64,000 nucleotides of DNA from a virus (lineage: Duplodnaviria > Caudoviricetes), in IMG/VR virus record IMGVR_UViG_3300030330_004701, positions 64,001-128,000 of that record; one strand, given 5' to 3'. Within the stretch, counting starts at the first letter, position 1, and the number at the start of each line of letters is the position of its first letter. A model generated the notes under the pieces. It had not been told where the DNA came from, ran no database searches, and saw only the letters and a program-made list of their open reading frames with translations. A program made the translations under genes and the position numbers. Below are positions 29,740-39,500 of the stretch, one piece after another.

Positions 29740-30161
29740 TATTCTCCACTGCTCCCGAAGCCACCCTCTCCACGATCAGTATCATCGAGATCATCAACTT
29801 CTAAAAATTCAACATCTTCAACTTTTTGTATGATTAATTGTGCTATTCTATCACCCGGATGAACATGCACTATTTGGTCAGAAGTATTCAGTAGGCAAAC
29901 TTTTATCTCGCCCCTGTAGCCAGAATCAATTACACCAGCAAGAACATCAATACCCTTCTTAACTGACAAGCCAGACCTTGGCCAAATTAGACCACAATAG
30001 CCATCGGGAATAGCAATTGATATGTCGGTAGAAATTAATCTTCTTTTATGTGGATAAACTGGCTGTGATGTGTGGGAAGCGTATAAATCCCAGCCAGCAT
30101 CAGAACTGTGCGCCTTAGTAGGAACGCTTGCAGATTCGTTTAATAATTTAACTTTTATCAT
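29739..30161 (-). CDS. dut: dUTP diphosphatase (trimeric)
   Basis: AGWDL, PRSGLS, GVIDSGYRGE, GDRIAQL, RGEGGFGSSG. Confidence 0.97.
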   Translation of the reverse strand: MIKVKLLNESASVPTKAHSSDAGWDLYASHTSQPVYPHKRRLISTDISIAIPDGYCGLIWPRSGLSVKKGIDVLAGVIDSGYRGEIKVCLLNTSDQIVHVHPGDRIAQLIIQKVEDVEFLEVDDLDDTDRGEGGFGSSGE

Positions 30162-30604
30162 TATCTTCTCCTCCCAGCTAGACAGCTATCACATACAAAC
30201 CACTCTCTTCTATGTGACTCGTGTACATTGAAAATCTCATTACACTCTTGGCACTTCTGCGGAACTAACTTGCTAGGACTTCTTCTCTCTGTGGGCACGA
30301 AATCTGGAGTTTCTATGTCAGTATGTTCTGTGCCATCGTCAACAAACTTATTTTCTCTAAGTTTAACACTATTGACAGGTGTTCTACTACTCGACTTAGG
30401 ATTTCTTTCCATAGCGAACTCATCGGCAGTGACTCTCTGAGGTGTGTTTTCTTCCTTCTTTACTACCTGTTTCGGTTCAGGTTGAGCAGGTGTTTCGGTT
30501 TCAATATCCACCTCTAATAGAGAGTTTGCCATATTTATTAAATCCTCATCATTAAGAGCAATACCTTTTCTTAGTAGCTCTTTTGCTGTATCAATTATCG
30601 ACAT
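30161..30604 (-). CDS. Hypothetical protein with C-terminal zinc ribbon
   Basis: CQEC...CDSC. Confidence 0.55.
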   Translation of the reverse strand: MSIIDTAKELLRKGIALNDEDLINMANSLLEVDIETETPAQPEPKQVVKKEENTPQRVTADEFAMERNPKSSSRTPVNSVKLRENKFVDDGTEHTDIETPDFVPTERRSPSKLVPQKCQECNEIFNVHESHRREWFVCDSCLAGRRR

Positions 30605-31101
30605 TAGTAACCTCTTCTTTTGCCTAAGTCTTGTAATAATCCAGCCATCCTCTTTGTATTATCGACTTTACCAGAAAGTCTGTTGAGTCTAGCTTGCGAC
30701 ATAATTTTTAATCTATTTAATTCTGTGGCCATTGGGTTTTCTTTTACTGCGGAATAATATTTTTCCTGCCATTTGGAGTATTGGCCTCCGTAGTTTTGCA
30801 GCTTATCTCCGACCATGAACCAGATGCTGTCATCGCAAAACTCAACGACCGTCTTCTCTTTATTATAAACACCTTGAAGATATTCTGCATGAGCAAAAAG
30901 AACAAAAGAATAAGACAGCGCCTTCTCTTGACTCAGAGATCTAATCTCATCAGAGCTTAGCGCCATGATTGGCTCCACTTCTTCATTTTCTTTTGCAAGG
31001 TCTGCGTTTCTATCTTCAATCCAGTCATCCACTTTTGAGAGGAATTCTGTAACTTTTTGTTCGTTAGTCAAATTTTGCCCTCCATTGTTCTTCAGACTCA
31101 T
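30604..31101 (-). CDS. Hypothetical helical protein (possible UvsY-like recombination mediator)
   Basis: Helical, about 160 aa, two genes downstream of recA; function inferred from position only. Confidence 0.4.
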   Translation of the reverse strand: MSLKNNGGQNLTNEQKVTEFLSKVDDWIEDRNADLAKENEEVEPIMALSSDEIRSLSQEKALSYSFVLFAHAEYLQGVYNKEKTVVEFCDDSIWFMVGDKLQNYGGQYSKWQEKYYSAVKENPMATELNRLKIMSQARLNRLSGKVDNTKRMAGLLQDLGKRRGY

Positions 31102-31477
31102 TATAATTTAGTTCAATTAAAGTCATATGGTTTAGTTCGCACCAAGCTCTTTTATCTTTATCTCTTGCTTGAGCTTTGAAAAACGCCATCTTGTCTTTGT
31201 GAAAAAATGAATTGAACTTAAAGTGCTGTTCGCCATGCACTTCTACAATCAGCTCTCTGTTTGGCACATATAGATCAGCATAGAGCAGAGTCTTCCTAGA
31301 GCCTGTTCTAGTTCCCGGTAGTGTCACTTCCTCTAGTATTCTATCATAAGGGTACACTTCTTTCAAGATGGATCTTGCTTTTTTATGTAAAGAAGATCTG
31401 TTTTTTTCATCTACCGAGGCTTGACTTCTAGAGGGGTTCCACTTCCAAGTTTTACCATCGAGACCTTCTACATACAT
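31064..31477 (-). CDS. DUF559/Vsr-like endonuclease
   Basis: YADLYVP...IVEVHGEQH...D.DKR.WC...LIEL. Confidence 0.7.
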   Translation of the reverse strand: MYVEGLDGKTWKWNPSRSQASVDEKNRSSLHKKARSILKEVYPYDRILEEVTLPGTRTGSRKTLLYADLYVPNRELIVEVHGEQHFKFNSFFHKDKMAFFKAQARDKDKRAWCELNHMTLIELNYNESEEQWRAKFD

Positions 31478-32541
31478 TATAGCATACCCTTAATTTCTTT
31501 TTCTAAGATGTCAAAGACTTCTTCATTCGCCAGTAAGAAGTTATACAACCTTTCTTGACCTTGGAACTTTACTGCTTTTAGGACTGCCTCAGTATCTTCT
31601 ATATTTGTTTCTGGCTTTATCTTCTTGACTACATCAGTAAAACCAACCATGAACTCACATGTGAACCAAGCGCCAGCCTTACCTATTAGACCTAAGTCCA
31701 GTCCAAGCATGATAAGCTCTTGAATTTTGTCTACACCGTGTCCATATTTAATCCAGCTTTGACACTCTGTTCCGGGAGATCCCATAGATGAACAAACTAC
31801 TTTCCAATTAACAGCCTGTCCAACCTGACGGTCGCTTTGCACCCAAGGGCTGATAGATTTTACTTCCATTCTAGTGTCTGCCTGATATTGAATTTTTCTA
31901 CCGCAGTCTGGCATTCTAGACGCACCATAGCCAGAAGTATTAGCGATGAAGTGTGTGATAATAATCAGTGTCGCCCTTTGATTGGGAACAATCTGTCCCA
32001 TCTTTTTACAAAATACAGACAGGATCTTCGGGAGTCCTGCTCGTCCGGGAGTCATGTCTCCATCTAATTCTTTTGCTGGCATTAGGGATGAAGTGGAGTC
32101 GATAATACAGACACAGCCTTCATTCTCTTTTGCGCTGACAAGCTTGACTGCGATATCTAGAAACGCCTCTGCACTAAGTGGCTCATCCTCAGAATGAATG
32201 ATTTGCATTTTTTCCTTATCCAAGCCGTCCACGCCAAGCAGATTCATTTCTTTTAGTCTGCCTTCAGCGTCAAGATAGATGATTGGACGACCTTCTTTTT
32301 GGCAGTTGGCAGCGATTTGTAAAGCTGTAGTTGTTTTTCCGCACTTTGGATCTCCAGTTAGGATGACCCAAGAGCCTTCTTTAATCCCGCCGCCTAATGC
32401 TAGGTCAATAGCAGGACTGACAGTAACAACCTTATAATCTTTCCTTCTCTCTAAAACTTGATTCCCAGTGGAGATCACATTGCCATATTTCTTAATAATT
32501 TCTTTTACAAATGCTGGATCAGTCTTTTTTGTCTTTGCCAT
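31477..32541 (-). CDS. recA: RecA/UvsX-like recombinase
   Basis: IDLALGGG, GDPKCGKTT, YLDAE, IIDS, GAWF. Confidence 0.88.
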   Translation of the reverse strand: MAKTKKTDPAFVKEIIKKYGNVISTGNQVLERRKDYKVVTVSPAIDLALGGGIKEGSWVILTGDPKCGKTTTALQIAANCQKEGRPIIYLDAEGRLKEMNLLGVDGLDKEKMQIIHSEDEPLSAEAFLDIAVKLVSAKENEGCVCIIDSTSSLMPAKELDGDMTPGRAGLPKILSVFCKKMGQIVPNQRATLIIITHFIANTSGYGASRMPDCGRKIQYQADTRMEVKSISPWVQSDRQVGQAVNWKVVCSSMGSPGTECQSWIKYGHGVDKIQELIMLGLDLGLIGKAGAWFTCEFMVGFTDVVKKIKPETNIEDTEAVLKAVKFQGQERLYNFLLANEEVFDILEKEIKGML

Positions 32542-32974
32542 TTGAGTTCCTCAATTTAGAAAAAAGAGATTTGTTGCCAAAGCTCTTCATAGGTTTTACA
32601 TTTATGTTATCTTCTTCTACTTCAATAATATCACGTTGTTTGGGTTTTGGCCTTGAGTCTAGAAGTTTTTTATGCTTTTTAACTTCATCTTTTACCCATT
32701 TTGGTAATGCAGAGTAAACTCGCTTGTTTTTGTTTATAATGTAATCATAGACAGCATCTTCGCCAAATTCAGAGATCATTTTATAAACCTCTTGAACTTG
32801 ACGTTGATACTGTTTTTTGCGAGTCTTATTCCAGAACTTATAGGATAGAGAGCCTTCATTTTCTCTCTCTGCCCTACGTTGAACCAATATTTCAGCGATG
32901 TATTGGCCTATGGTGCAATACTCACCCGTTGAGGGTGACTTGAACCTGCTCGTTTTGCTTCTTTGTTTCGCCAT
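32519..32974 (-). CDS. Hypothetical protein
   Basis: 151 aa coupled ORF. Confidence 0.55.
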   Translation of the reverse strand: MAKQRSKTSRFKSPSTGEYCTIGQYIAEILVQRRAERENEGSLSYKFWNKTRKKQYQRQVQEVYKMISEFGEDAVYDYIINKNKRVYSALPKWVKDEVKKHKKLLDSRPKPKQRDIIEVEEDNINVKPMKSFGNKSLFSKLRNSNGKDKKD

Positions 32975-33428
32975 TATTCCAAATCATCCAAGAAAGATTT
33001 TCCTGAGTCATCATTCTTCTTTGAGAGAATTCCATAAATTGACACTCTGGCCAACTATATTTCTTTATCTCTACTTCAAGATTTTCATTTAATAAACCAA
33101 ATGTCATGTGCTGGTAAGACGGCCCGTCTCCAGTTACCATGTCAATATCTTTTGAAAAACCCCTAGCAATAAAAAAGCCATCAAGGCCATTTTCATCTTC
33201 AAAAACAACCTCTTCAGGTGCTCCCATTACAATTACTTGCGCTTTGGTTACAACTCTACCGTTTTCTTCACAGTGTCTTTGCAGTCTAAGCCAAGGGCTT
33301 TCAGGCAATCCGGGACGCTCATAGTCGCCCCAGACAATAGTGCCATCGTCTAATGTACATTTCCAAGTCATGGAAATGTCTTCCATAATCAGTTTACGGA
33401 TGTGTTCATCTCTGACAGTACAAATCAT
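32922..33428 (-). CDS. Hypothetical protein
   Basis: 168 aa coupled ORF. Confidence 0.55.
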   Translation of the reverse strand: MICTVRDEHIRKLIMEDISMTWKCTLDDGTIVWGDYERPGLPESPWLRLQRHCEENGRVVTKAQVIVMGAPEEVVFEDENGLDGFFIARGFSKDIDMVTGDGPSYQHMTFGLLNENLEVEIKKYSWPECQFMEFSQRRMMTQENLSWMIWNNGETKKQNEQVQVTLNG

Positions 33429-33429
33429 A

Positions 33430-33819
33430 TCAGTCCTCCTTAATTTTATGGATAGACCCCCTATGGCGAGGAGCTACATTGACTTTTTCTGGCAATCTTT
33501 CTTCTTTGGTCTCATCTCCTGCCATCGAAGCGTTTTCGGTCATAACGACAGCTCCGTACTTTTCGTTTCTTGCCATTAGTTCTCCAGCTTTTGGTACTAT
33601 GAAACCTTCAGCATCATCAGTAGCACCTTTAATAGAAACAGATACAGACGGTTTGTCTGGACTTTCTTTTTTAGGTTCTTGATCGCCAAGCTTTGCTAAA
33701 TAATTGCTAACAGATTTTTCTGATCTATCAAGATCTTCTGCAATCTGATCCGCTGACAACTGTTGATTTTCCTCGATATAACTTTTTTCGCTTTTAGAAA
33801 GCGGGCCCTTCTTAGTCAT
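33430..33819 (-). CDS. Hypothetical protein with N-terminal HTH
   Basis: LSADQIAEDLDRSEKSVSNY. Confidence 0.55.
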   Translation of the reverse strand: MTKKGPLSKSEKSYIEENQQLSADQIAEDLDRSEKSVSNYLAKLGDQEPKKESPDKPSVSVSIKGATDDAEGFIVPKAGELMARNEKYGAVVMTENASMAGDETKEERLPEKVNVAPRHRGSIHKIKED

Positions 33820-33820
33820 T

Positions 33821-34153
33821 TTAAACCTCCATTAATGATCTTCTTGCGCGAGTCAAAAAGATTCTATCTCTCTTTGTTAAATATTCTAAATAGTAAGCAT
33901 ACACTTCTTTTCTGACTTTTCTGAAGTCAAAGTATGGTCTATTATGCATGTTCTTATCAGCACCAAACGGGTCAAACAGATCCCCTCTACCATATTTAAT
34001 ATAGTAGGTTGTGTATTCTCCGTTTTCAACGACCTTAACAAACGCATCTTTCTTCTGGACCTTTTCACCTTTTGCTCCGATAAAAGTAGTTACTTTTTCA
34101 GGAACATCCGGCAAATTTAGGTGTGATATATCATCATTTTCTGCTCTAGCCAT
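33821..34153 (-). CDS. Hypothetical protein
   Basis: 110 aa ORF. Confidence 0.55.
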   Translation of the reverse strand: MARAENDDISHLNLPDVPEKVTTFIGAKGEKVQKKDAFVKVVENGEYTTYYIKYGRGDLFDPFGADKNMHNRPYFDFRKVRKEVYAYYLEYLTKRDRIFLTRARRSLMEV

Positions 34154-34364
34154 TTAGCTTCTCCAATAATTCTTTAATTTTTTTAATACAATCAGCTCTG
34201 TCAAAACCATCAACAGTCATTTTAGCATGGCGGCCAATATCATATCTTGCAAGCTCTTCTTCACTTGCAGGGATAGGATCAAGATCGCCATTCTTCAATA
34301 CTTCATGAACAGCTATACCTATATGTATAATAGCTTTATGTGGTAGATTTGCCCTATCAGTCAT
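34146..34364 (-). CDS. Hypothetical protein
   Basis: 72 aa coupled ORF. Confidence 0.5.
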   Translation of the reverse strand: MTDRANLPHKAIIHIGIAVHEVLKNGDLDPIPASEEELARYDIGRHAKMTVDGFDRADCIKKIKELLEKLNG

Positions 34365-34705
34365 TAGTCACCTTTTTCGATATACTTAATTTTTTCTGCA
34401 GTTGACATCTTATTTATTTTATTTCTTCGTTGATTAACTTCTCGGTCTTTCTTGACCTTATCCATATTGTCAGCCTGCATCTTGTCTTGGAGCTCATACT
34501 TGCCAAGCTTCTGTGTATTTCTATCGGCAAGATGTTGAATAGTGCTAGGCTCACCCTTAACTGAAATATGTGGCGCGCCTAAGATAACACGCCTGAATTT
34601 ATGTTTTTTGCATTGTGGGCATCTGACCAGAGGTTTCTCGGAAAACTTCTGAAAAACTTCTTTGTGATAGCCACACTCGCTACATTCATAATCATATGTT
34701 GGCAT
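34364..34705 (-). CDS. FmdB-family zinc-ribbon protein
   Basis: MPTYDYECSECG...CPQC; GGAG RBS upstream. Confidence 0.85.
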   Translation of the reverse strand: MPTYDYECSECGYHKEVFQKFSEKPLVRCPQCKKHKFRRVILGAPHISVKGEPSTIQHLADRNTQKLGKYELQDKMQADNMDKVKKDREVNQRRNKINKMSTAEKIKYIEKGD

Positions 34706-34742
34706 AAAAAACTCCTATAAATAGTCTATCAATATTATAGAC

Positions 34743-35078
34743 TTACTTATCGAGTTTGACATCTACTTTCTTTAGATTTTCAGAGAATTCTTGCAATGTG
34801 CTTATGGTTGTTTCTCTAGCTACTTTCTCTGCGGCCTCAGTAGCGTAAGCCTCGACCTCTATTGGAAGCTCATTAGAAAGAGCTTGTAAAAATGTTTCAA
34901 ACTTCATAGCTGTGTTGTCTGATATTGAGGTATTGTAATATATACCTTCTTCCAAAATGGTAAGTCTTTGCTCTAATTTAGCGTTATTATACTCAGCTCT
35001 AGCACCTATAAGAACAATAACAGTTAGAAAAACTCCCCTAAAAATATTTAACTGGTTCACCTTCATCTTCATTCTCAT
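34743..35078 (-). CDS. Hypothetical membrane-anchored protein
   Basis: N-terminal hydrophobic helix followed by a coiled-coil. Confidence 0.5.
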   Translation of the reverse strand: MRMKMKVNQLNIFRGVFLTVIVLIGARAEYNNAKLEQRLTILEEGIYYNTSISDNTAMKFETFLQALSNELPIEVEAYATEAAEKVARETTISTLQEFSENLKKVDVKLDK

Positions 35079-35748
35079 CTTCTTCTTTGTTGAGTGTCAT
35101 TAAAATTTTGGACACAATACCGCTACGCACAATATCGCTATAATCCAATTTGCAAACACCAACGCCAGATACCTCAACGAGTTTATCCATGCATGTTTTA
35201 AGACCACCTTGATGCTTGCCTAAGTCGGACTGTCTTAGGTCTCCATTTATCACAGCTTTGGAATCCTTTCCAATTCTAGTAATAAACATTTTAATTTGCT
35301 CAAACGTGGCATTCTGAGCTTCGTCTAAGATCATAAAGCAATTATGAAAGTTTCGCCCCCTCATATATTCGAGCGGGCATAATTCAATAATATCTCTACT
35401 TCTATAAGTTTCTACCGTATTCTTTGTAAGATATTGGTTCATCTCCTCTATAATAGGTATTAAGTAGGGATTAATCTTTTCTACTAATGTGCCGGGCAAG
35501 TGACCCAAACCACGACCCGACTCTACAACAGGTCGAGTAATAATAATTTTGTCTACTTTCTTTTCTATCAAGTATTCACAAGCCATTCCCACAGAAACAC
35601 TTGTTTTACCAGATCCAGCAGGCCCAGAACAAAAAGTCACATCAGACTTGTTTATGCTCTGCATGTAGGTTTCTTGGTTTCGTGTTTTAGGCCGTAATAT
35701 TTTTCTTCTTTGTCTTGTTGTCTTTGGTTTTTTTGCTTGTCTTGCCAT
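35038..35748 (-). CDS. phoH: PhoH-family ATPase
   Basis: GPAGSGKT, TRPVVE, LGHLPG, YMRGR, ILDEAQN, GDLRQSD. Confidence 0.95.
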   Translation of the reverse strand: MARQAKKPKTTRQRRKILRPKTRNQETYMQSINKSDVTFCSGPAGSGKTSVSVGMACEYLIEKKVDKIIITRPVVESGRGLGHLPGTLVEKINPYLIPIIEEMNQYLTKNTVETYRSRDIIELCPLEYMRGRNFHNCFMILDEAQNATFEQIKMFITRIGKDSKAVINGDLRQSDLGKHQGGLKTCMDKLVEVSGVGVCKLDYSDIVRSGIVSKILMTLNKEEDENEDEGEPVKYF

Positions 35749-36056
35749 TAATTATTCTCTACTGCTATAGTTTTAATTTCTGAACCCTGACACATTGGAC
35801 ACATCGACTGAGAGCCGGGTTTATGTATGCCAAGTTGGTGATGGGTCATAAGGATTGCTTGCATTATCTGCGTATCTCTAAGTCTCGCATGTATGGGTAA
35901 TTCTCTGAGATCTTTTTCCACTGGGATTTTGACCTCTATTGATGGCTCCTTATTCATTATATGCCTGAACATATAGAAAGAGCTCGCTAAATTCAGTAAA
36001 GATAGAGAAAAAAGCACGTAAACTGCGTTCTTGTAGAATTTCATTATATTAACCAA
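35748..36056 (-). CDS. Hypothetical exported/membrane protein with HH...H...CxxC
   Basis: N-terminal hydrophobic segment; THHQLGIH...CPMC. Confidence 0.5.
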   Translation of the reverse strand: MVNIMKFYKNAVYVLFSLSLLNLASSFYMFRHIMNKEPSIEVKIPVEKDLRELPIHARLRDTQIMQAILMTHHQLGIHKPGSQSMCPMCQGSEIKTIAVENN

Positions 36057-37263
36057 ACAGTTCGGTTATAACCTTGCCGGAGTTAGCGATTTTCATAGGT
36101 CTACCACTGTTGCTAGTAAACGTAGTACCCAAAGAGATACCAAGTGCTTTGCAAACAGAAGCCATGACATCCTGAGATGTATATGGTTCAGTTTCAACAC
36201 GAGTACCATCTGAGTTTGTTTCGCCAATGGCTATGCCGCCATTCATTCCAGCTCCACCAACAACAACACTCCAGCTTCGCGCCCAATGGTCACGACCAGC
36301 ATTACCGTTGATACGGGGAGTCCTACTGAACTCACCCATCCAAATAATCGCTGTGTCTTGTAATAACCCACGCTGCTCTAAGTCTTCATACAGCGCGCTC
36401 ATGCCTTGATCTAACATGGGCAGTTTCGTGTCTCTTAATGTGGGAAAAATGTTCTGATGATTGTCCCAACCACCTAAATTAACTTCAATGAATGGCACTC
36501 CTGCTTCGACTAAACGTCGTGCCATCAAGCACCCCTTCCCAAAGTTATTATTTCCGTATCTTTCTTTTATATTTTCGGGCTCGCTAGCCACTTTGAGTGC
36601 GTCCATTTGGGCACTTGTTAGAACATTAAATGTCTCTTTAAGGATCGCCTGATGTTCTTTTGCTAATGACCCTCTTCTCTGATTTATAAAATTACTCTCA
36701 ATAGCATCTAAAGCGTAAGCCCTTTGGTAGAACCTCTGATCTACTTTCATATCTAGATTTCTGATTCTGCCATCACTATTAACAACAAAAGGATTGTATT
36801 TAGCTCCTAGAAAACCTGCTCCCATACTTCCTCCTCCCACCGAGATGAACTGGGGGATTGCCAAATCATTCCGTCTTAATTGATGGGATAGGACAGATCC
36901 ATAGCTAGGATGGTCAATGCTAGGATTAGGAACGTAGCCAGTGTGCATGTAATAACGACCACGCATATGGTCAGCTTCACGAGTACTCATACTGCGGACA
37001 ATAGCGGCATTGTGCATCTGTTTAGCCATAAGTGGCATATGTTCTGTTATTTGAACATCACCGCTAGTAGCTATAGGTCGAAATGCACCGCCTGTTGGAG
37101 CACCCGGTTTAAGATCCCAAATATCCATTGTCGAAGGGCCTCCACCCATCCACAATAAGATCGCTGACTTTCCATTCTTTTTTAGTTGGTCTTCATTTGC
37201 TTTCACTGTCTCTGCTAAAGACAGGGCGCTCATCACAGATGTTAAAAATGTTCGTCTTTTCAT
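36049..37263 (-). CDS. DUF1501-family protein, Tat-exported (paralog 1)
   Basis: MKRRTFL; LWMGGGPSTMDIWDLKP; ARRLVEAGV; GWDNH; GEFSRTP.IN..AGRDHW. Confidence 0.92.
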   Translation of the reverse strand: MKRRTFLTSVMSALSLAETVKANEDQLKKNGKSAILLWMGGGPSTMDIWDLKPGAPTGGAFRPIATSGDVQITEHMPLMAKQMHNAAIVRSMSTREADHMRGRYYMHTGYVPNPSIDHPSYGSVLSHQLRRNDLAIPQFISVGGGSMGAGFLGAKYNPFVVNSDGRIRNLDMKVDQRFYQRAYALDAIESNFINQRRGSLAKEHQAILKETFNVLTSAQMDALKVASEPENIKERYGNNNFGKGCLMARRLVEAGVPFIEVNLGGWDNHQNIFPTLRDTKLPMLDQGMSALYEDLEQRGLLQDTAIIWMGEFSRTPRINGNAGRDHWARSWSVVVGGAGMNGGIAIGETNSDGTRVETEPYTSQDVMASVCKALGISLGTTFTSNSGRPMKIANSGKVITELFG

Positions 37264-38661
37264 TTATCCTACTCCTAATAAAAGCATACCGCCGCCACCA
37301 CCGCTAGAACCAAGACTGTGTTGGTCTGCACCAATATCCCAAGTTACATTTGTTGTGTATCTATCAGTGCCATCTATATCATACTGAACATTGTCACTAT
37401 TGCCCAAATCAGTCCCAGCCTGTAGTGCAACTGAATCATCACCTATATGTAAATCTTCAGAGCCAGCACTTGTAGAAATAAAATCTATGTCAGTTAAACT
37501 CTTACCTATTAAGGCGCTAGTGTCATTATAACTTTTGCCCATATCTTTTGCATTGTAAGTCGAATGAGTAGTGGTATCAGAAAGGTTTGTGGCTATATCT
37601 GCATAGTCATAAAATTGAGCTTGATATGCTCGCTCATGGTCTGAGGCTCCACTAGCATAGAGTCCCGCAACAATATTGTTTTTAACTTCATCTGCATAAC
37701 CTCCAGCAAAGTATATACCTTGGGCATGTTTACTGCTTCCTGCGGAATCTACGAAATAAATGGTATTATTGTAGATCTTTACTCCACCCTCGTCTCCGGG
37801 ATTTGCATTATGCACCATGATCGCAATCGTCGTATCGTTGCTGGTTTCATGGAATCTGTACAAAATATTGTTTTGTATTTTGAACGTCGATCCCGATGAC
37901 ATTCTGTCACAAAAGATTACACGAGGACCACTAGTTCCCGGATTACCATATTTGTCGTGCAACAGACAGTTTCTTATAATAGCATCATCTCCCGCATTAT
38001 TTCTGAACGCTATATTTGTAGCTGTAGAATTCAAAGAGTCTAAACTTATGTCTAGCCATTCCAAAGTAAAATTAGCTATTTCCGATTGAATAATCCCGTA
38101 ATTGTGTGTCGTCCCAGATGTTGGCTTTAATAGCATTCCGCTTTCAGCTGTCCCATCATGCCTGTCTGCTGAGTTTACAGTTAGAGTGACACTGTTTAAA
38201 CTTTGCTTATTATTAAAAATTACACCACTGTCTGTGAACGTAGAATCTGCATGACACTCACCAATAAGATCATCACTGGAGCCCCAATAAAGATCACTAG
38301 TGTCATCAACCATTGCTTCAAATAGAGTTATGGTAGAAAATGCCCTCTTGAAAGTCCCAGAAGCCTGCTGAAATGAAGGATCAAAAAAATTATTATACGG
38401 ACTTTGATTGCCCGAACCACTGCCTCCATCATTAAGGTATTTTAAAGTATAATTACTGCCAGAAATAGCTGTTAGCAAATATGTAGTTGTACCCATAAAG
38501 CTAGACTCATCAGTGATTACAAAAATATCACCCACCGCTGCATTTGCACTAACCGAAGAGGTAAATGTTATAACATATTCTCCACTGACAGTGGAACTAC
38601 TAGCAGGCGTAACTGTGGCTATGCTCTGATTTGATCCTATGCTTACTGTTGTTGTAGCCAT
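37264..38661 (-). CDS. Putative virion-associated beta-helix protein
   Basis: S/T/G/N-rich; IRNCLLH, IQNNIL, IYNNTI, VKNNIV beta-helix repeats; DIDG..R...WDIGADQ; C-terminal GGGGGMLLLGVG. Confidence 0.55.
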   Translation of the reverse strand: MATTTVSIGSNQSIATVTPASSSTVSGEYVITFTSSVSANAAVGDIFVITDESSFMGTTTYLLTAISGSNYTLKYLNDGGSGSGNQSPYNNFFDPSFQQASGTFKRAFSTITLFEAMVDDTSDLYWGSSDDLIGECHADSTFTDSGVIFNNKQSLNSVTLTVNSADRHDGTAESGMLLKPTSGTTHNYGIIQSEIANFTLEWLDISLDSLNSTATNIAFRNNAGDDAIIRNCLLHDKYGNPGTSGPRVIFCDRMSSGSTFKIQNNILYRFHETSNDTTIAIMVHNANPGDEGGVKIYNNTIYFVDSAGSSKHAQGIYFAGGYADEVKNNIVAGLYASGASDHERAYQAQFYDYADIATNLSDTTTHSTYNAKDMGKSYNDTSALIGKSLTDIDFISTSAGSEDLHIGDDSVALQAGTDLGNSDNVQYDIDGTDRYTTNVTWDIGADQHSLGSSGGGGGMLLLGVG

Positions 38662-39479
38662 TATATTAACCCTTCTGTAATTTTGTCATATGTTAAAATA
38701 TCTATGTGTTCTCTTTCGTCCATAGGTTTCCTGCAGTCACACACAATGTTTGCATTTCTTAAATCATCAACGGTTTCTCCAAGCTCTGTAGCCAAATCCC
38801 AGTAAGGGACAAACCATTGCCTTTTAGCTAAAACAATTGGCTTAGATTCTTCGCTATTTTCAGATTGTTCTTCTACTGCGGAAGATCTTCTCGAATAAAC
38901 GGTTCCTCCAGAAAGTTCAACCCTAGTAAAAGAGTCTCCAGTATAACTTCTGCCGGACATATTTATACATACAAAATGTCTCTTCTCTATATCAGTGAAA
39001 GACCACATACTATGGTCAGATCTAAGGTAGTCCGTTTCACTTTCTATAATGTTCCAAACCGGCAGGATAAAATCAGAAAGTGCGTTGGTTCTAAGTTTAC
39101 CGTACCAGACTTCTGAACCATCAGTTCCGAATATTTTATGATTGGCATTTCTTAATCGTCTAGATATAAACAAAGCTGCATTTATTTTTTCATCATCAGA
39201 GTTAGCAGTTTTATTTAGTATATCCTGCTGTCCCGTAATAAGGTTTGTTCTTCTTACATCGTTTGCATTAACCCTTTCAAATTTATAGGTACGTGTAGCA
39301 GCCAAAAACTTTTCTAACAGAGTATTCCTGTCTCTCATCCCAGAAGTATTGAAACCGAAATTTCTAGGATTACATATATTTTCTGCGTGAGCAAAATTTA
39401 TACTGTCTAAGCACTTAACGTCAACAACATCTCCGTCTTTGTAGGATGCGCCATCGTTAACTTTTACTATTACTTCCAT
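38661..39479 (-). CDS. Hypothetical protein
   Basis: 272 aa ORF, TAATG-coupled to the downstream gene. Confidence 0.55.
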   Translation of the reverse strand: MEVIVKVNDGASYKDGDVVDVKCLDSINFAHAENICNPRNFGFNTSGMRDRNTLLEKFLAATRTYKFERVNANDVRRTNLITGQQDILNKTANSDDEKINAALFISRRLRNANHKIFGTDGSEVWYGKLRTNALSDFILPVWNIIESETDYLRSDHSMWSFTDIEKRHFVCINMSGRSYTGDSFTRVELSGGTVYSRRSSAVEEQSENSEESKPIVLAKRQWFVPYWDLATELGETVDDLRNANIVCDCRKPMDEREHIDILTYDKITEGLI

Positions 39480-39500
39480 TATACCCTCTCTCTTTCTACA